Assembly (NCBI GenBank): GCA_043778225.1
Contig: JAYWGM010000035.1
Location: forward strand, 1-31,496
Length of the DNA: 31,496 nucleotides
Reading direction: 5' to 3'
Origin: Deinococcales bacterium
GTDB lineage: Bacteria; Deinococcota; Deinococci; Deinococcales; JAAFIG01
The notes below the pieces were generated by a model that worked only from the letters and a program-made list of their open reading frames with translations, made no database searches and was not told the origin of the DNA. Numbering within the stretch: position 1 is the first letter of the stretch; each line of letters starts with the position of its first letter. This document shows positions 1 through 9,251 of this stretch, one piece after another. The position numbers and the translations under genes are program-made.

Positions 1-20
1 GAGCTATGCGAGTGAACACA

Positions 21-98
21 AAGTACATTGTTGACGAGTGCGGAGACTCTTTGGAGCGAAGCGGAAAATAGTCAAAGCATTTAGTAAACAATGTACTT
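21..98. repeat. Long imperfect hairpin, REP-like/small non-coding repeat candidate
   Basis: AAGTACATTGTTGAC (21-35) matches the reverse complement of 84-98 at 14/15 nt. Inner arms GAGTGC/GCATTT and GACT/AGTC extend the stem, and the loop holds GAGCGAAGCGGA. Non-coding, downstream of the oxidoreductase. Confidence 0.55.
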
Positions 99-168
99 AG
101 GGCTTTGATTGGAACAAATAAGGTTCGTTTTCTCTACTCGAGAAACGGATTTTTGACGACCACAGATT

Positions 169-1152
169 TTATGGCTCGATTAAAACTTTGCCTGTGCTTG
201 CCCTCGACATCACAAATTCAAAGGCTTTCCCAGCTTCCTCGAGACTAAAAACCTGTCCAACTTGCGGCTTGACTTTGCCACTTTCGAGGAGCGGATAAAT
301 AAAGGCTGTGGCGGCTTGTAATTCTTCGGGGATACCCATAAAAGGAGTCAACCAAACACCAATTACGGCGACATTCTTTTTCATTAAAGCCGTCGGGGTC
401 AGGCTGGCAGCTTCGCGGCTGGCATTGCCAATCACCATCACCCGCCCAAGATGATTCATGACGCTCAGGCGGTCTTGGAAACCACTGCCACCCGCCACCG
501 ATAAATAGACATCCACGCCTTTTGGTGCAAAATCCATAATTTTCTGGCGTAAATTCTCGTCGCCGCCAAGAAAAACGGCATCTGCGCCAAGGCTTTTAGC
601 AAGCTCGAGTTTGGCTTGGGTACTGGCGGTGGCAATCACGGTACAGTTCATGGCTTTTGCCAATTGAATGCTGGCTGTGCCAAGCGCACCGGCGGCGGCT
701 TCGACCCAAACGACTTCTTTTTCTTGGACTCGCCCAAGCGTTTTTAAGGCAAAATAGGCGGTGTAAAACGAGACGGGCAGGGCAGCGGCTTCTCGAGCAT
801 TCAAGGCACTTGGAATCGGCAGACAAGCGCCAGCCTGAATCGTGGCGTACTCGGCAAATGCGCCACTGCCGCCTAAGCCAGCCACCAATTGCCCAAGCTC
901 GAGACCCGTTACGCCCTCGCCAAGGGCGGCGACTGTACCGCTAAACTCCATGCCGGGGGTATACGGGGTACGGGTGCGGGTTAAATACTCGCCGCGTACT
1001 GCCAGAATATCGGCAAAATTTAAGCCAACGCTCGAGACTTTAAGCAGCACCTGCCCTTTACGTGGCTGTGGCACAGGAACGGTCTGAATTTCTAGGACTT
1101 CGGGTCCGCCAACATTTTCTACAATCACAGCTTTCATGGTTTGGGGGGTCAT
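169..1152 (-). CDS. NADPH:quinone oxidoreductase family (zeta-crystallin/MDR)
   Basis: 327 aa with MKAV..GGPEVL, GLNFAD, PGMEFSG, AAAGALG nucleotide-binding motif and C-terminal GKVL. TAACCT -10 lies 7 nt upstream of the ATG. Confidence 0.93.
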   Translation of the reverse strand: MTPQTMKAVIVENVGGPEVLEIQTVPVPQPRKGQVLLKVSSVGLNFADILAVRGEYLTRTRTPYTPGMEFSGTVAALGEGVTGLELGQLVAGLGGSGAFAEYATIQAGACLPIPSALNAREAAALPVSFYTAYFALKTLGRVQEKEVVWVEAAAGALGTASIQLAKAMNCTVIATASTQAKLELAKSLGADAVFLGGDENLRQKIMDFAPKGVDVYLSVAGGSGFQDRLSVMNHLGRVMVIGNASREAASLTPTALMKKNVAVIGVWLTPFMGIPEELQAATAFIYPLLESGKVKPQVGQVFSLEEAGKAFEFVMSRASTGKVLIEP

Positions 1153-1212
1153 AACAACTAGGTTAGCATTCTTTGAATTGGCTTTGTATGTGTTAAATTC
1201 CTTGTCGGGATT

Positions 1213-3012
1213 CTATTCTTTGGGGGTTTCTTTTCTCGAGAAACGCTGCAAAAACCCTTGTGCCAATTTGCCCATTCGTACTCGGAGTGGCTCAGCCGTT
1301 GGCTCGGGCTGGGCTTCGGGGGCGGGTGTTTCCTCGAGTGGCTGACCTGTCAAACGGGCATAGGAGCGGCGGTCTGCCATGACCACCAATTCATCCAGAG
1401 CTTCGAGGCTGGTGCTGCCACGTGGCACACGGACATGACCTTGGCGCAAAATTGCCACCAAAAGTGTGTCTTGCCAATCCAAATCGCGCACCATTTGGTC
1501 ACGCCATGCCTCTGGAACTGGTAAACGGTACAAGCGTTCATCGTCAGTATCCGAAACAATCAGGGCATCGCGCTCGAGTAAATCAAGTAAATCTGGGGTG
1601 TCGCGCAAACCCGTGGCGCGTTTTAAGTATTCGTTGATATGGACTGGGCTGCTCGAGCGCGATTCGGCTTGGGCGGGCAAAATGCTTTCGCGCCCAGTCA
1701 GGGCATAACCCGCCAGCGTGGTCAGTAAAAGTGGGGTCAGCAAGCCATAACCGCTCCATTCGGTGATTAAAAGCGTCGCCGCAAGGGGTGCGTTGACCGC
1801 CCCAGCCAAAAAAGCCGCCATGCCAGCCAACGTAAAAGCGGCAGGTTCGATCGGATAACTTGGAAAAATCGCGTTTAAGCCTTGGGCATATAAATTGCCG
1901 ATTAACCCACCAAGCACCAGACTTGGCGTGATTAAACCACCCGTCACGCCACTCGAGCCAGCCAGCAGCACAATTCCAGAGCGCAGAATCAGCAATGCCA
2001 AGACCGTACCAAGCGGTAAAAAATTAGATAAGGATAACTGCATCCAGCCTAAGCCATCACCGAGGGCATAGGGTGTAAAAATTGCCAGAACGCCAATCAG
2101 ACCACCAGCCAAGACCAGTCGCAACCACGGCGGGATTTTACTTAGACTCCAGCCTAGGCGCAGTCCACGCAAAGCCAGCACAAAGCCAGCCGCCGCCAGT
2201 GCCTCGAGTAAACCCAGCACAAAAAAAGCAGGCAGCAATGCCGCCGGCTGCCCGCTCAGTTGCGGCAATTCAAACAAAGGCTCAAAACCACGAAATAAAC
2301 CAAAAACCGCAAACGCCACGACACTCGAGAACACCGCCGGCATCAGGGCTTCGATTTCAAATTCAAAACGGCGGTATAACATTTCGACCGCCAAAACCGC
2401 CGCCGCCAGTGGCGCTCGTAAAGCCAAGCCAAGCATGGCGGCTAAAGTTGCCACAAACATCAAACGGCGGTCTTCGTCGGATAACCTCGAGAGCCGTGCA
2501 AAAACTGGCGAGAGCAGCATCGCTAAACTGGCAAAAACTCCTTCGCGCCCGATTGGCGCACCAACAATCACGGCTAAGCCACCTTGCAATACCTCGAGAC
2601 TGGTGCGGCGTGGGTCGGCATTGGCGGCGGTTTGATGAAATGCCTGCAAAGCCGCATTGACCCCATCGGACTCGAGTGGCACAGTATTTTTTTTGTACCA
2701 AAAAGCGATGCTCGAAAACCCGAAAATCATTAAAATTGGCAGTAAAGGCGCAACTGGAATATCCAGCAGCCCAAATAAAGAAATCGTCTCTTGTGGCGCA
2801 TAGGCTTGTAAAACCCCACCTTCATTGGGTAAGCCCGGTGGGCGCAAACCGGTTAAACCCGTCAAAAAAAATTCTTGTAAAAACTCGAGCAGCAGCGCCA
2901 AAAGTGTTCCAGCCATGCCGACCAATAAGCCAGTGCCAATGCTGTACAAAACAATCCGACCGGTCTCGAGTCGAGCGCCAAAAAAAGGCAATGCGCGGCG
3001 GGTCGGTTGCAT
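1213..3012 (-). CDS. ClC-family chloride channel/H+ antiporter with C-terminal TrkA-C (RCK_C)-like domain
   Basis: Many TM helices with GREG, APLAAAVLAVEM, GGLITPSL and GMAAFLAGAVNAPL. The C-terminal ILRQGHVRVPRGSTSLEALDELVV is TrkA-C-like. Start moved to ATG 3012 (TACGCT -10 7 nt upstream). Confidence 0.88.
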   Translation of the reverse strand: MQPTRRALPFFGARLETGRIVLYSIGTGLLVGMAGTLLALLLEFLQEFFLTGLTGLRPPGLPNEGGVLQAYAPQETISLFGLLDIPVAPLLPILMIFGFSSIAFWYKKNTVPLESDGVNAALQAFHQTAANADPRRTSLEVLQGGLAVIVGAPIGREGVFASLAMLLSPVFARLSRLSDEDRRLMFVATLAAMLGLALRAPLAAAVLAVEMLYRRFEFEIEALMPAVFSSVVAFAVFGLFRGFEPLFELPQLSGQPAALLPAFFVLGLLEALAAAGFVLALRGLRLGWSLSKIPPWLRLVLAGGLIGVLAIFTPYALGDGLGWMQLSLSNFLPLGTVLALLILRSGIVLLAGSSGVTGGLITPSLVLGGLIGNLYAQGLNAIFPSYPIEPAAFTLAGMAAFLAGAVNAPLAATLLITEWSGYGLLTPLLLTTLAGYALTGRESILPAQAESRSSSPVHINEYLKRATGLRDTPDLLDLLERDALIVSDTDDERLYRLPVPEAWRDQMVRDLDWQDTLLVAILRQGHVRVPRGSTSLEALDELVVMADRRSYARLTGQPLEETPAPEAQPEPTAEPLRVRMGKLAQGFLQRFSRKETPKE

Positions 3013-3052
3013 GGGACTAAGCGTATCATTGTTTACTGGCGCTTTGACCCAA

Positions 3053-3140
3053 CCCATGCGACGCTGGTGCGGATTCCCATGCGACGCTGGTGCAGATTCC
3101 CACGCGACGCTGGTGCAGATTCCCATGCGACGCTGGTGCG
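3053..3140. repeat. Tandem 23-bp direct repeat, about 3.8 copies (CCCAYGCGACGCTGGTGCRGATT)
   Basis: Units start at 3053, 3076, 3099 and 3122 (last one partial), with no spacers, in the divergent intergenic region. Confidence 0.95.
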
Positions 3141-3159
3141 ACGCACAGTTTGTTATCTT
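3126..3159 (+). promoter_or_regulatory. Putative activator box (TGCGACGC x2, 11-bp period) plus extended -10 for the S8 protease
   Basis: TGCGACGC at 3126-3133 and 3137-3144, then TG-t-TATCTT at 3151-3159. Confidence 0.45.
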
Positions 3160-3283
3160 GAGGCTCGAGAGTTTGGGGCTTGTCTCACGCTTATCTAGCC
3201 TACCTAAGGTTAGAGTAGGTTTGAGATTCAATTTCTCGGTTCGGTATTTTTGGCATCCGCCTTCTTTAACAGGAGAAACAACC

Positions 3284-5008
3284 ATGCAGAAAAAACGTTT
3301 TGTGGCTCAACTTTCTATGCTGTCCGTACTGACCATGGCACTTATCGCTTGTGGTGGTGGCAACGGTTCAATTTCGGGTACAGTTAGCCCCGGAGCAACC
3401 AAACCCTCGAGTGCCGAGTCCTTTGTGGCTGGCGAAGTGATTGTTAAATTCCGCAGTAAAATCCAAGCCACCAGTGCGGTGACTTTGCAGGCTGGCGGTT
3501 TACAACTGGCTCGAGTTCGCAATCTGGGTTTGGCACGCACCAGCTTGTACCGCAGCCAAGCCAACCACGCCAAAACGCTCGAGTTGGTCAAACAACTGAG
3601 CAGCCGTAGCGATGTTGAATACGCCGAAGTCAACGGCATTAACTATGCCATGGCTGTACCAACCGACCCACAATACGTTCGTCAGTGGCACTACGAAAAC
3701 ATGAACTTACCCGCCGCATGGGACATCAGCACAGGTGTTGCCAGTACCGTGGTTGCGGTGATAGATGATGGAATGCTCTATAATTTGACCGATACTGACC
3801 CAAAAACCCACCCCGATTTTGCTGGGAAAGTGATTGGCGGTTACGACATGATTAGCGATCCCAATGGGGCTGGCGACGGCGATGGACGCGACGCAAACCC
3901 CTACGATAACCTGATTGGTTTACATGGTACACACGTTGGCGGAACAATTGCTGCTGCTACCAACAACGATAAATTTGGTGCTGGAGTCAACTGGAATGCC
4001 AAACTGATTAACGTGCGTGTTTTGGGCAATGGAGGTGGCACGGTGGCTGATATTGCCGATGGTGTGCTTTGGGCAGCCGGGGAAACAGTGGATGGACTTC
4101 CAGTCAATCCAAACCCCGCTAAAGTGCTGAATTTAAGTCTCGGTGGCGATGGTGCGTGTAGCGCGACCTATCAAACTGCTTTTGATACAGTCACGGCTAA
4201 GGGTGTAATTGCGGTTGTGGCGGCTGGAAACGAAACCGCCAATACCGCCGATAAGAACCCAGCCAATTGCAACAATGTGATTACGGTTGGTGCGACTGGA
4301 CCAACCAATAAACGGGCTGGCTACTCGAATTTTGGCGCTCGAATAGATGTCATGGCACCTGGTGGCGACCTCGAGTTATCGGTCAATCGTGGTGGCGAAG
4401 ATTTCCAAGCTGGTGTTTTTAGCACCTATGCCGATAAAGCCAACGGCAACGCATTTAACCTTGGGTCAATCCAAGGCACAAGCATGGCAACCCCACACAT
4501 GGCTGGTTTGGTTTCTTTGATGGTCGGTATTGACCCAACGCTCAATTACACCAAAACGCTGGCTTTCCTCAAAAACAATGCCACGGCATTAGCTGCCGGT
4601 GACTGCTCCAATGGCAATGCCACAGTCACCGATGCCTTTTGTGGTTCTGGTCTGGTCAATGCTGCCAAAACCCTGAAAGCCGTCAAAGATGCTTTGGGTG
4701 GTCCAGTCACACCACCACCACCTGCCCCACCTGCTCCGCCCGCCGTCAAAACCACCAAGAATTTTGTACGGGCAGTGGACAGCAGCGATGCCAGTAAAGT
4801 CAAGCAAGTCGAAATTAACCTCACCAAAACAGCCGTTGCTTACAGCCTGACCGACCTTGCTCCCGGAACATACAAAGTCACGGCTTACGACGACCTCAAC
4901 GGCAATGCTGCACCCGATGCCAACGAGCCAAAAGTTTCGCTAGATATAACCATTGGGGCTGGCGAAAACAAAGCCAATATCAACTTGACGATGCAGCCAG
5001 ACAGTTAA
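3284..5008 (+). CDS. S8 subtilisin-like serine protease, lipoprotein
   Basis: RBS AGGAG 3271-3275 and ATG 3284. Lipobox LIAC-GGG, prodomain GEVIVKF, triad VIDDG / HGTHVGG / GTSMATP, Pro-rich linker and a C-terminal beta-sandwich-like domain. Confidence 0.93.
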   Translation: MQKKRFVAQLSMLSVLTMALIACGGGNGSISGTVSPGATKPSSAESFVAGEVIVKFRSKIQATSAVTLQAGGLQLARVRNLGLARTSLYRSQANHAKTLELVKQLSSRSDVEYAEVNGINYAMAVPTDPQYVRQWHYENMNLPAAWDISTGVASTVVAVIDDGMLYNLTDTDPKTHPDFAGKVIGGYDMISDPNGAGDGDGRDANPYDNLIGLHGTHVGGTIAAATNNDKFGAGVNWNAKLINVRVLGNGGGTVADIADGVLWAAGETVDGLPVNPNPAKVLNLSLGGDGACSATYQTAFDTVTAKGVIAVVAAGNETANTADKNPANCNNVITVGATGPTNKRAGYSNFGARIDVMAPGGDLELSVNRGGEDFQAGVFSTYADKANGNAFNLGSIQGTSMATPHMAGLVSLMVGIDPTLNYTKTLAFLKNNATALAAGDCSNGNATVTDAFCGSGLVNAAKTLKAVKDALGGPVTPPPPAPPAPPAVKTTKNFVRAVDSSDASKVKQVEINLTKTAVAYSLTDLAPGTYKVTAYDDLNGNAAPDANEPKVSLDITIGAGENKANINLTMQPDS

Positions 5009-5024
5009 AAATACGTGGCTCGAG

Positions 5025-5055
5025 AATCCCCCAAGTGTAATTGGGGGATTTTTTT
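5025..5055 (+). terminator. Intrinsic terminator, possibly bidirectional
   Basis: AATCCCCCAA-GTGTAA-TTGGGGGATT followed by a T-run, between convergent genes. Confidence 0.88.
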
Positions 5056-5292
5056 ATCGGCTGTAATAGGCTCGTCCAACGCCATCAAAAGCGTCCAGAC
5101 TTCATACAGCAATGCTTAAAACGCTTTGCAGCCCCACATGGGCAAGGGTCGTTGCGCCCAAGTTTCTCGAGCAGTTCTTTGTTGCCATGCACCACGCGCT
5201 GACCACGTTTGACTTTTGTTTCGGATGGATACCCTTTGCGGCGTTTACTGATGACCTCAAAAGCAGTCTTGTTCCTCAAGTAGATGCACCAT
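5054..5292 (-). CDS. Small SEC-C Zn-binding motif protein, proposed about 78 aa via two +1 frameshifts
   Basis: SEC-C core [19 protein letters not shown] lies in ORF 5085-5279. The RBS GGAGG (5298-5302) with ATG 5292 is in another frame ending TTT-TGA at 5262-5257, and the core ends TTT-TGA at 5090-5085. The SEC-C domain is secure; the boundaries depend on the frameshift model. Confidence 0.7.
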
Positions 5293-5383
5293 AAAAACCT
5301 CCGTTGGCTCGAAATAACTCGAGCAAGGCAGTTTAATTTTTATCGAGGCTGTTGCCATCCGCCAAATCAATTAGAATGCCTTT

Positions 5384-6676
5384 ATGACCATTCCAGAAAT
5401 CATCGAACAAAAACGCGAAGGCGGCACACACAGCCGCCAAGAACTCGAGCAACTTATCCTAGGTTTTGTGGCTGGCAGTGTGCCAGATTACCAGATTGCG
5501 GCGTGGCTGATGGCGGTTTTTATACGTGGCATGACTGCCCAAGAAACCACTGTCCTGACCCAAGTGATGGCAGCCAGTGGCGAACAACTCGACCTCTCGA
5601 GCTTGCCGCGCACCACCGATAAACACAGCACTGGCGGGGTGGGCGATAAAACCAGTCTGGTCTTGACCCCAATGCTGGCAGCCTGCGGCGTGACGGTCGC
5701 CAAAATGAGCGGGCGCGGTTTAGCACACACGGGTGGCACAATAGATAAACTCGAGAGTATTCCAGGGTGGTCGCCGAATCTCGAGGAAGCCGCTTTTTTG
5801 AAGCAAGCCAAAGAAATTGGTTTGGTGCTGGTTGGGCAGTCAAAAAACCTTGCGCCCGCCGATGGGCTGCTTTATGCGCTGCGTGATGTCACCGCCACCG
5901 TGCCGAGTATTCCTTTAATCGCCTCAAGCATCATGAGTAAAAAACTTGCCAGTGGCGCAAAAACCATTGTGCTGGATGTTAAAGTTGGCGCAGGTGCATT
6001 TATGAAAACCCTACCAGATGCTCGAGCGCTGGCACAGGCGATGCTTGAAATTGGGCGCTTGGCTGGGCGCAACACCCGAGCCATCCTGACCGATATGGAA
6101 ACACCTTTGGGCAGCATGATGGGCAATGCGCTCGAAGTCCAAGAAGCGATTTATACTTTGCAAGGGCATGGCGCAACAGACTTACGAGAATTATGTCTAG
6201 CATTGGCGGAAGAAACACTGCTTGCCGAAGGATTCTCGAGCCAAGATGCCCTTGCCTTGCCGCAAAAAGCCCTCGACTCTGGGGAGGCACTCGAGAAATT
6301 TAGGTTGTTTATTGCGGCTCAAGGCGGCGACCCAAGTTTTGTGACCAACCCAGAAAAATTAACGATTGCGGCAGGGCAGCAAATGATTGTGGCACAAGAA
6401 AGCGGCTATCTCGAGCGCTTGGACGCGCTGGCGGTCGGCAAGGCGGTTCTGGCACTGGGCGGCGGGCGCGAACAAAAGGGCGAAGCCATAGACCACAGTG
6501 TCGGTGTGGAAATTCATGCCAAACCTTCAGATAAAATCCAAGCAGGTGCGCCACTGGCTACGATTTACCACAATCAGCGCGGACTCGAGACCGCCAAAAC
6601 CCTGCTCGAGAATGCTTTTTCGGTCGTGCAACAGCAAGTCAAGGCTGCACCACTAATTCTTGAGCGTCTGGCATAA
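5384..6676 (+). CDS. pdp: Pyrimidine-nucleoside/thymidine phosphorylase
   Basis: [54 protein letters not shown] and [12 protein letters not shown] motifs. Confidence 0.95.
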   Translation: MTIPEIIEQKREGGTHSRQELEQLILGFVAGSVPDYQIAAWLMAVFIRGMTAQETTVLTQVMAASGEQLDLSSLPRTTDKHSTGGVGDKTSLVLTPMLAACGVTVAKMSGRGLAHTGGTIDKLESIPGWSPNLEEAAFLKQAKEIGLVLVGQSKNLAPADGLLYALRDVTATVPSIPLIASSIMSKKLASGAKTIVLDVKVGAGAFMKTLPDARALAQAMLEIGRLAGRNTRAILTDMETPLGSMMGNALEVQEAIYTLQGHGATDLRELCLALAEETLLAEGFSSQDALALPQKALDSGEALEKFRLFIAAQGGDPSFVTNPEKLTIAAGQQMIVAQESGYLERLDALAVGKAVLALGGGREQKGEAIDHSVGVEIHAKPSDKIQAGAPLATIYHNQRGLETAKTLLENAFSVVQQQVKAAPLILERLA

Positions 6677-7268
6677 ACTCGAGGTGTGCCGTGTCGTTGT
6701 AAACCAATAAACGCCCTTTATTGGCTGCCTTGACCTCGAGTTTTGAGATGCTGGTGTTGCCGCGCTCGGCAAGGTCAAGATGTTGCTCGAGGTCGTTCAG
6801 AATGACATGAATCGCGCCGCGAATTGCGCCACCATGCGAAAAAACTGCAACTCGAGAATCGGCAAATTCTGTGTACAGTTGCTCGAGTGCAGCGCCTACA
6901 CGGTTCATCACATCGCGTTTGGATTCGCCACCTTCCCACGGCTCGGTCATTGGGCGAATATAGCGGGTTTTTCCTGTCAGCAACAATTCAGAATAGGTTA
7001 AACCTTGCTGTATGCCCATATGAATTTCGCGCCACGCGGTATCGGAGCGAATCGGTAGCTCGAGTTTTGCCGCGACAATTTCGGCGGTTTGGTAAGCTCG
7101 AGACAAATCACTCGAGATGATGGAGTTAAATTTAGTGTGCTGCAAGCGCTTTGCCAGTGCTTGGGCTTGGGCAATGCCAAGCGGTGAAAGTGGGACATCG
7201 AGTTGCCCTTGAGCGCGTTGTTCCCTGTTCCAAAGTGTTTCGCCGTGCCGAATAAGCCAGAGTTCCAT
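6639..7268 (-). CDS. Histidine phosphatase (phosphoglycerate mutase-like) family protein
   Basis: [28 protein letters not shown] and YNDTAHL motifs. Confidence 0.93.
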   Translation of the reverse strand: MELWLIRHGETLWNREQRAQGQLDVPLSPLGIAQAQALAKRLQHTKFNSIISSDLSRAYQTAEIVAAKLELPIRSDTAWREIHMGIQQGLTYSELLLTGKTRYIRPMTEPWEGGESKRDVMNRVGAALEQLYTEFADSRVAVFSHGGAIRGAIHVILNDLEQHLDLAERGNTSISKLEVKAANKGRLLVYNDTAHLEFMPDAQELVVQP

Positions 7269-7288
7269 TGGGTAAAAATTACCATGAA

Positions 7289-7801
7289 TTAAGAATCGGA
7301 TTTTGCCGCCTCGAGTTCACGCAGTTTCTCGAGAATTGGGGCAGTGAAAGGTTGGGTTTGACTCAAGAATTCGTAATACCCACCGTGCCAAGCCCAAAAA
7401 TCAGGTGCTTGACGGGCAAATCTGGCAAAGGCTTCTTCTCCAAACCACAAGACAACATTGTGTGGAATGGTATTCAGGATTTCGCGTTGTACATTGGCGT
7501 AACCCGCAGCTTGGCTAAGTTCTTCTTGTAAATTCCCTTGGTAAATCATAAAAACGGTTTGCTTAGGCTCGAGCGGTAAGTCTAAAACGGGGCGCAATGG
7601 ATTTAATTGCTGACTGTTCAAAATAAATCTTGGAATCTTTGTTTTCCAGCGTTGCTCGAGGGCATTTTGTACCTCTTGAATGTCGTTCATGATGCGGTAA
7701 ATACAAAAAGTCAGTGAACCTGTATTGGAATACTCGAGTTGCACCGCGAGATGGTCTAATTCGCTGGTTTCAAGGGTGCTTGGCTCGAGAACAGTATTCA
7801 T
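7289..7801 (-). CDS. Hypothetical ATPase-partner protein with APDFWAW motif, possibly C-terminally truncated
   Basis: ATG 7801 overlaps the ATPase stop (ATGA). Contains NVQRE...VVLW...FARQAPDFWAW. Confidence 0.65.
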   Translation of the reverse strand: MNTVLEPSTLETSELDHLAVQLEYSNTGSLTFCIYRIMNDIQEVQNALEQRWKTKIPRFILNSQQLNPLRPVLDLPLEPKQTVFMIYQGNLQEELSQAAGYANVQREILNTIPHNVVLWFGEEAFARFARQAPDFWAWHGGYYEFLSQTQPFTAPILEKLRELEAAKSDS

Positions 7802-9120
7802 AGCAAATCGTGAACAATTGGGTGGACATCGTACCAAACTTTGCCGTTGACATATTCAATCACACTGAGGTTATGGAGCAGTTGCAAATAACCTTTTTCG
7901 GGGTCTGTATCTATAGTTTTCTTGGTTCTAACGTCTTGTAGTAATTCAAGTTGAGCGTAAGTCAACATTTTTTGGAAGGCTTGGCGTTCTCGAGTAATCG
8001 CTCGTGCTACATCATCGGTGTTGACTTGGGTGTCTTGTCGGACCACAGCATTGACACAAGCTGCTTTCGCTAATTGCAGTGCAATACGTGGAATACCGCC
8101 ACTGGCTTGACAAATGTCTTTTAAGGCTACTGGATTAAATAAGTTGGCTTGTACGCGCCGCGTAATAATATGCTGTAGTCCTTCAATACCGTGTTTACAA
8201 TGCTCGAGTTCTGCATCTTTTTCGGCTTGGGTACTTTGGTGTTGTTGGGCTTGAATCTTAAAATTAGGCAGCACAAAAGTATCGTTAAAATAAGCGGTAA
8301 TTTGATTAAATTCTTGGCTACTTTGTAAGGCAACAGGGAAGGTGTAAACCACTGAAACTTGTGGGGCGCTTAAATCCGCACCATTTTTATAAAACAGGGT
8401 TTCGGCAATCTCTATGGTGGTTTTGTCAGTACCATCTACCAAGCACACAACTTGTTTTTGGGTTAAACGAAATATCTCTTGTTGTAGGTCGTCAATAATT
8501 GCCAGTAGTTCAGAAAAGGCTGGTTTGATGGTTTTACGAATGGCTTCTCTGGTCTCTGTTTCTTTGCCAACCCGTCCACCAACAGATAATAAGGCTTTGA
8601 CAGGCAAGGTCAGCCACCCCAAACTTGGTGTGCTTATTTCGGCTTTTGTTTCAGCACTCATCTGGGCTGATTCTCCAATCGTTTTAACAATTTCAATTTC
8701 ATTACTCCAAGTCTCGAGTCGAAGCTGCACAGCTTTACTCAATTTGAGGTTATGTTTTTTGCATTGCTCGAGAATTTCAAGTGCCATCAAGAAAATAATA
8801 TCTTTGCTGTCAACATCACTCAAATTGAGTTTATCAAGAATCGAAATCGGTACAACCCATAAACCATTACCGATTTCAAGCATCTGCTCGAGCTTGGTTA
8901 AGGCACTGCTTTTACCCGCCCCACGATGTCCAGTTAGTAAAAATTTGCAATTATTCTGTACTTGTAACTCCACTTCCATTCGCTTCAGAAGTTCGGTTAC
9001 TTCTACTCTGTCCTCATAAAAACGCTCGAGTTCACTGATTTGCAATGAGCGTGTCGGGTCAAGGTTGGGTATGGCTTGCCTGAGTGTCGTGGCAATTTGC
9101 ATTTCCGAAGTATCTGGCAT
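7798..9120 (-). CDS. P-loop AAA/STAND-like ATPase
   Basis: Walker A GHRGAGKS, Walker B VVCLVDGTDK, SGGIPR and C-terminal WYDVHP. TATAAT 7 nt upstream supports ATG 9120. Confidence 0.85.
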   Translation of the reverse strand: MPDTSEMQIATTLRQAIPNLDPTRSLQISELERFYEDRVEVTELLKRMEVELQVQNNCKFLLTGHRGAGKSSALTKLEQMLEIGNGLWVVPISILDKLNLSDVDSKDIIFLMALEILEQCKKHNLKLSKAVQLRLETWSNEIEIVKTIGESAQMSAETKAEISTPSLGWLTLPVKALLSVGGRVGKETETREAIRKTIKPAFSELLAIIDDLQQEIFRLTQKQVVCLVDGTDKTTIEIAETLFYKNGADLSAPQVSVVYTFPVALQSSQEFNQITAYFNDTFVLPNFKIQAQQHQSTQAEKDAELEHCKHGIEGLQHIITRRVQANLFNPVALKDICQASGGIPRIALQLAKAACVNAVVRQDTQVNTDDVARAITRERQAFQKMLTYAQLELLQDVRTKKTIDTDPEKGYLQLLHNLSVIEYVNGKVWYDVHPIVHDLL

Positions 9121-9251
9121 AATGGACATTATAGGCGCTTGGGTTAAGAAGTGTTTAGCGCTATACCTGTCCGCAGATTCACCCCTTGCTCGGGCATCCG
9201 CAAAGACCAACAGCCATTCTCTTTTCAGTAAGCTCGTTTTTGACAAAGCCC

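Noticed and set aside
3053..3140. 23-bp repeats as a CRISPR array
   Set aside because: Units are contiguous with no unique spacers, and there are no cas genes in the window.
2825..3285. Long N-terminal extensions of the ClC (from 3285) and S8 (from 2825) ORFs
   Set aside because: They overlap each other and run through the repeat. Better starts are 3012 (-10 box) and 3284 (RBS plus lipoprotein signal).
5085..5259. UGA readthrough or selenocysteine at the two SEC-C UGA codons
   Set aside because: Readthrough at the first gives GHQ then TAA and never reaches the SEC-C frame. Readthrough at the second runs through the terminator. Only +1 shifts connect the segments.
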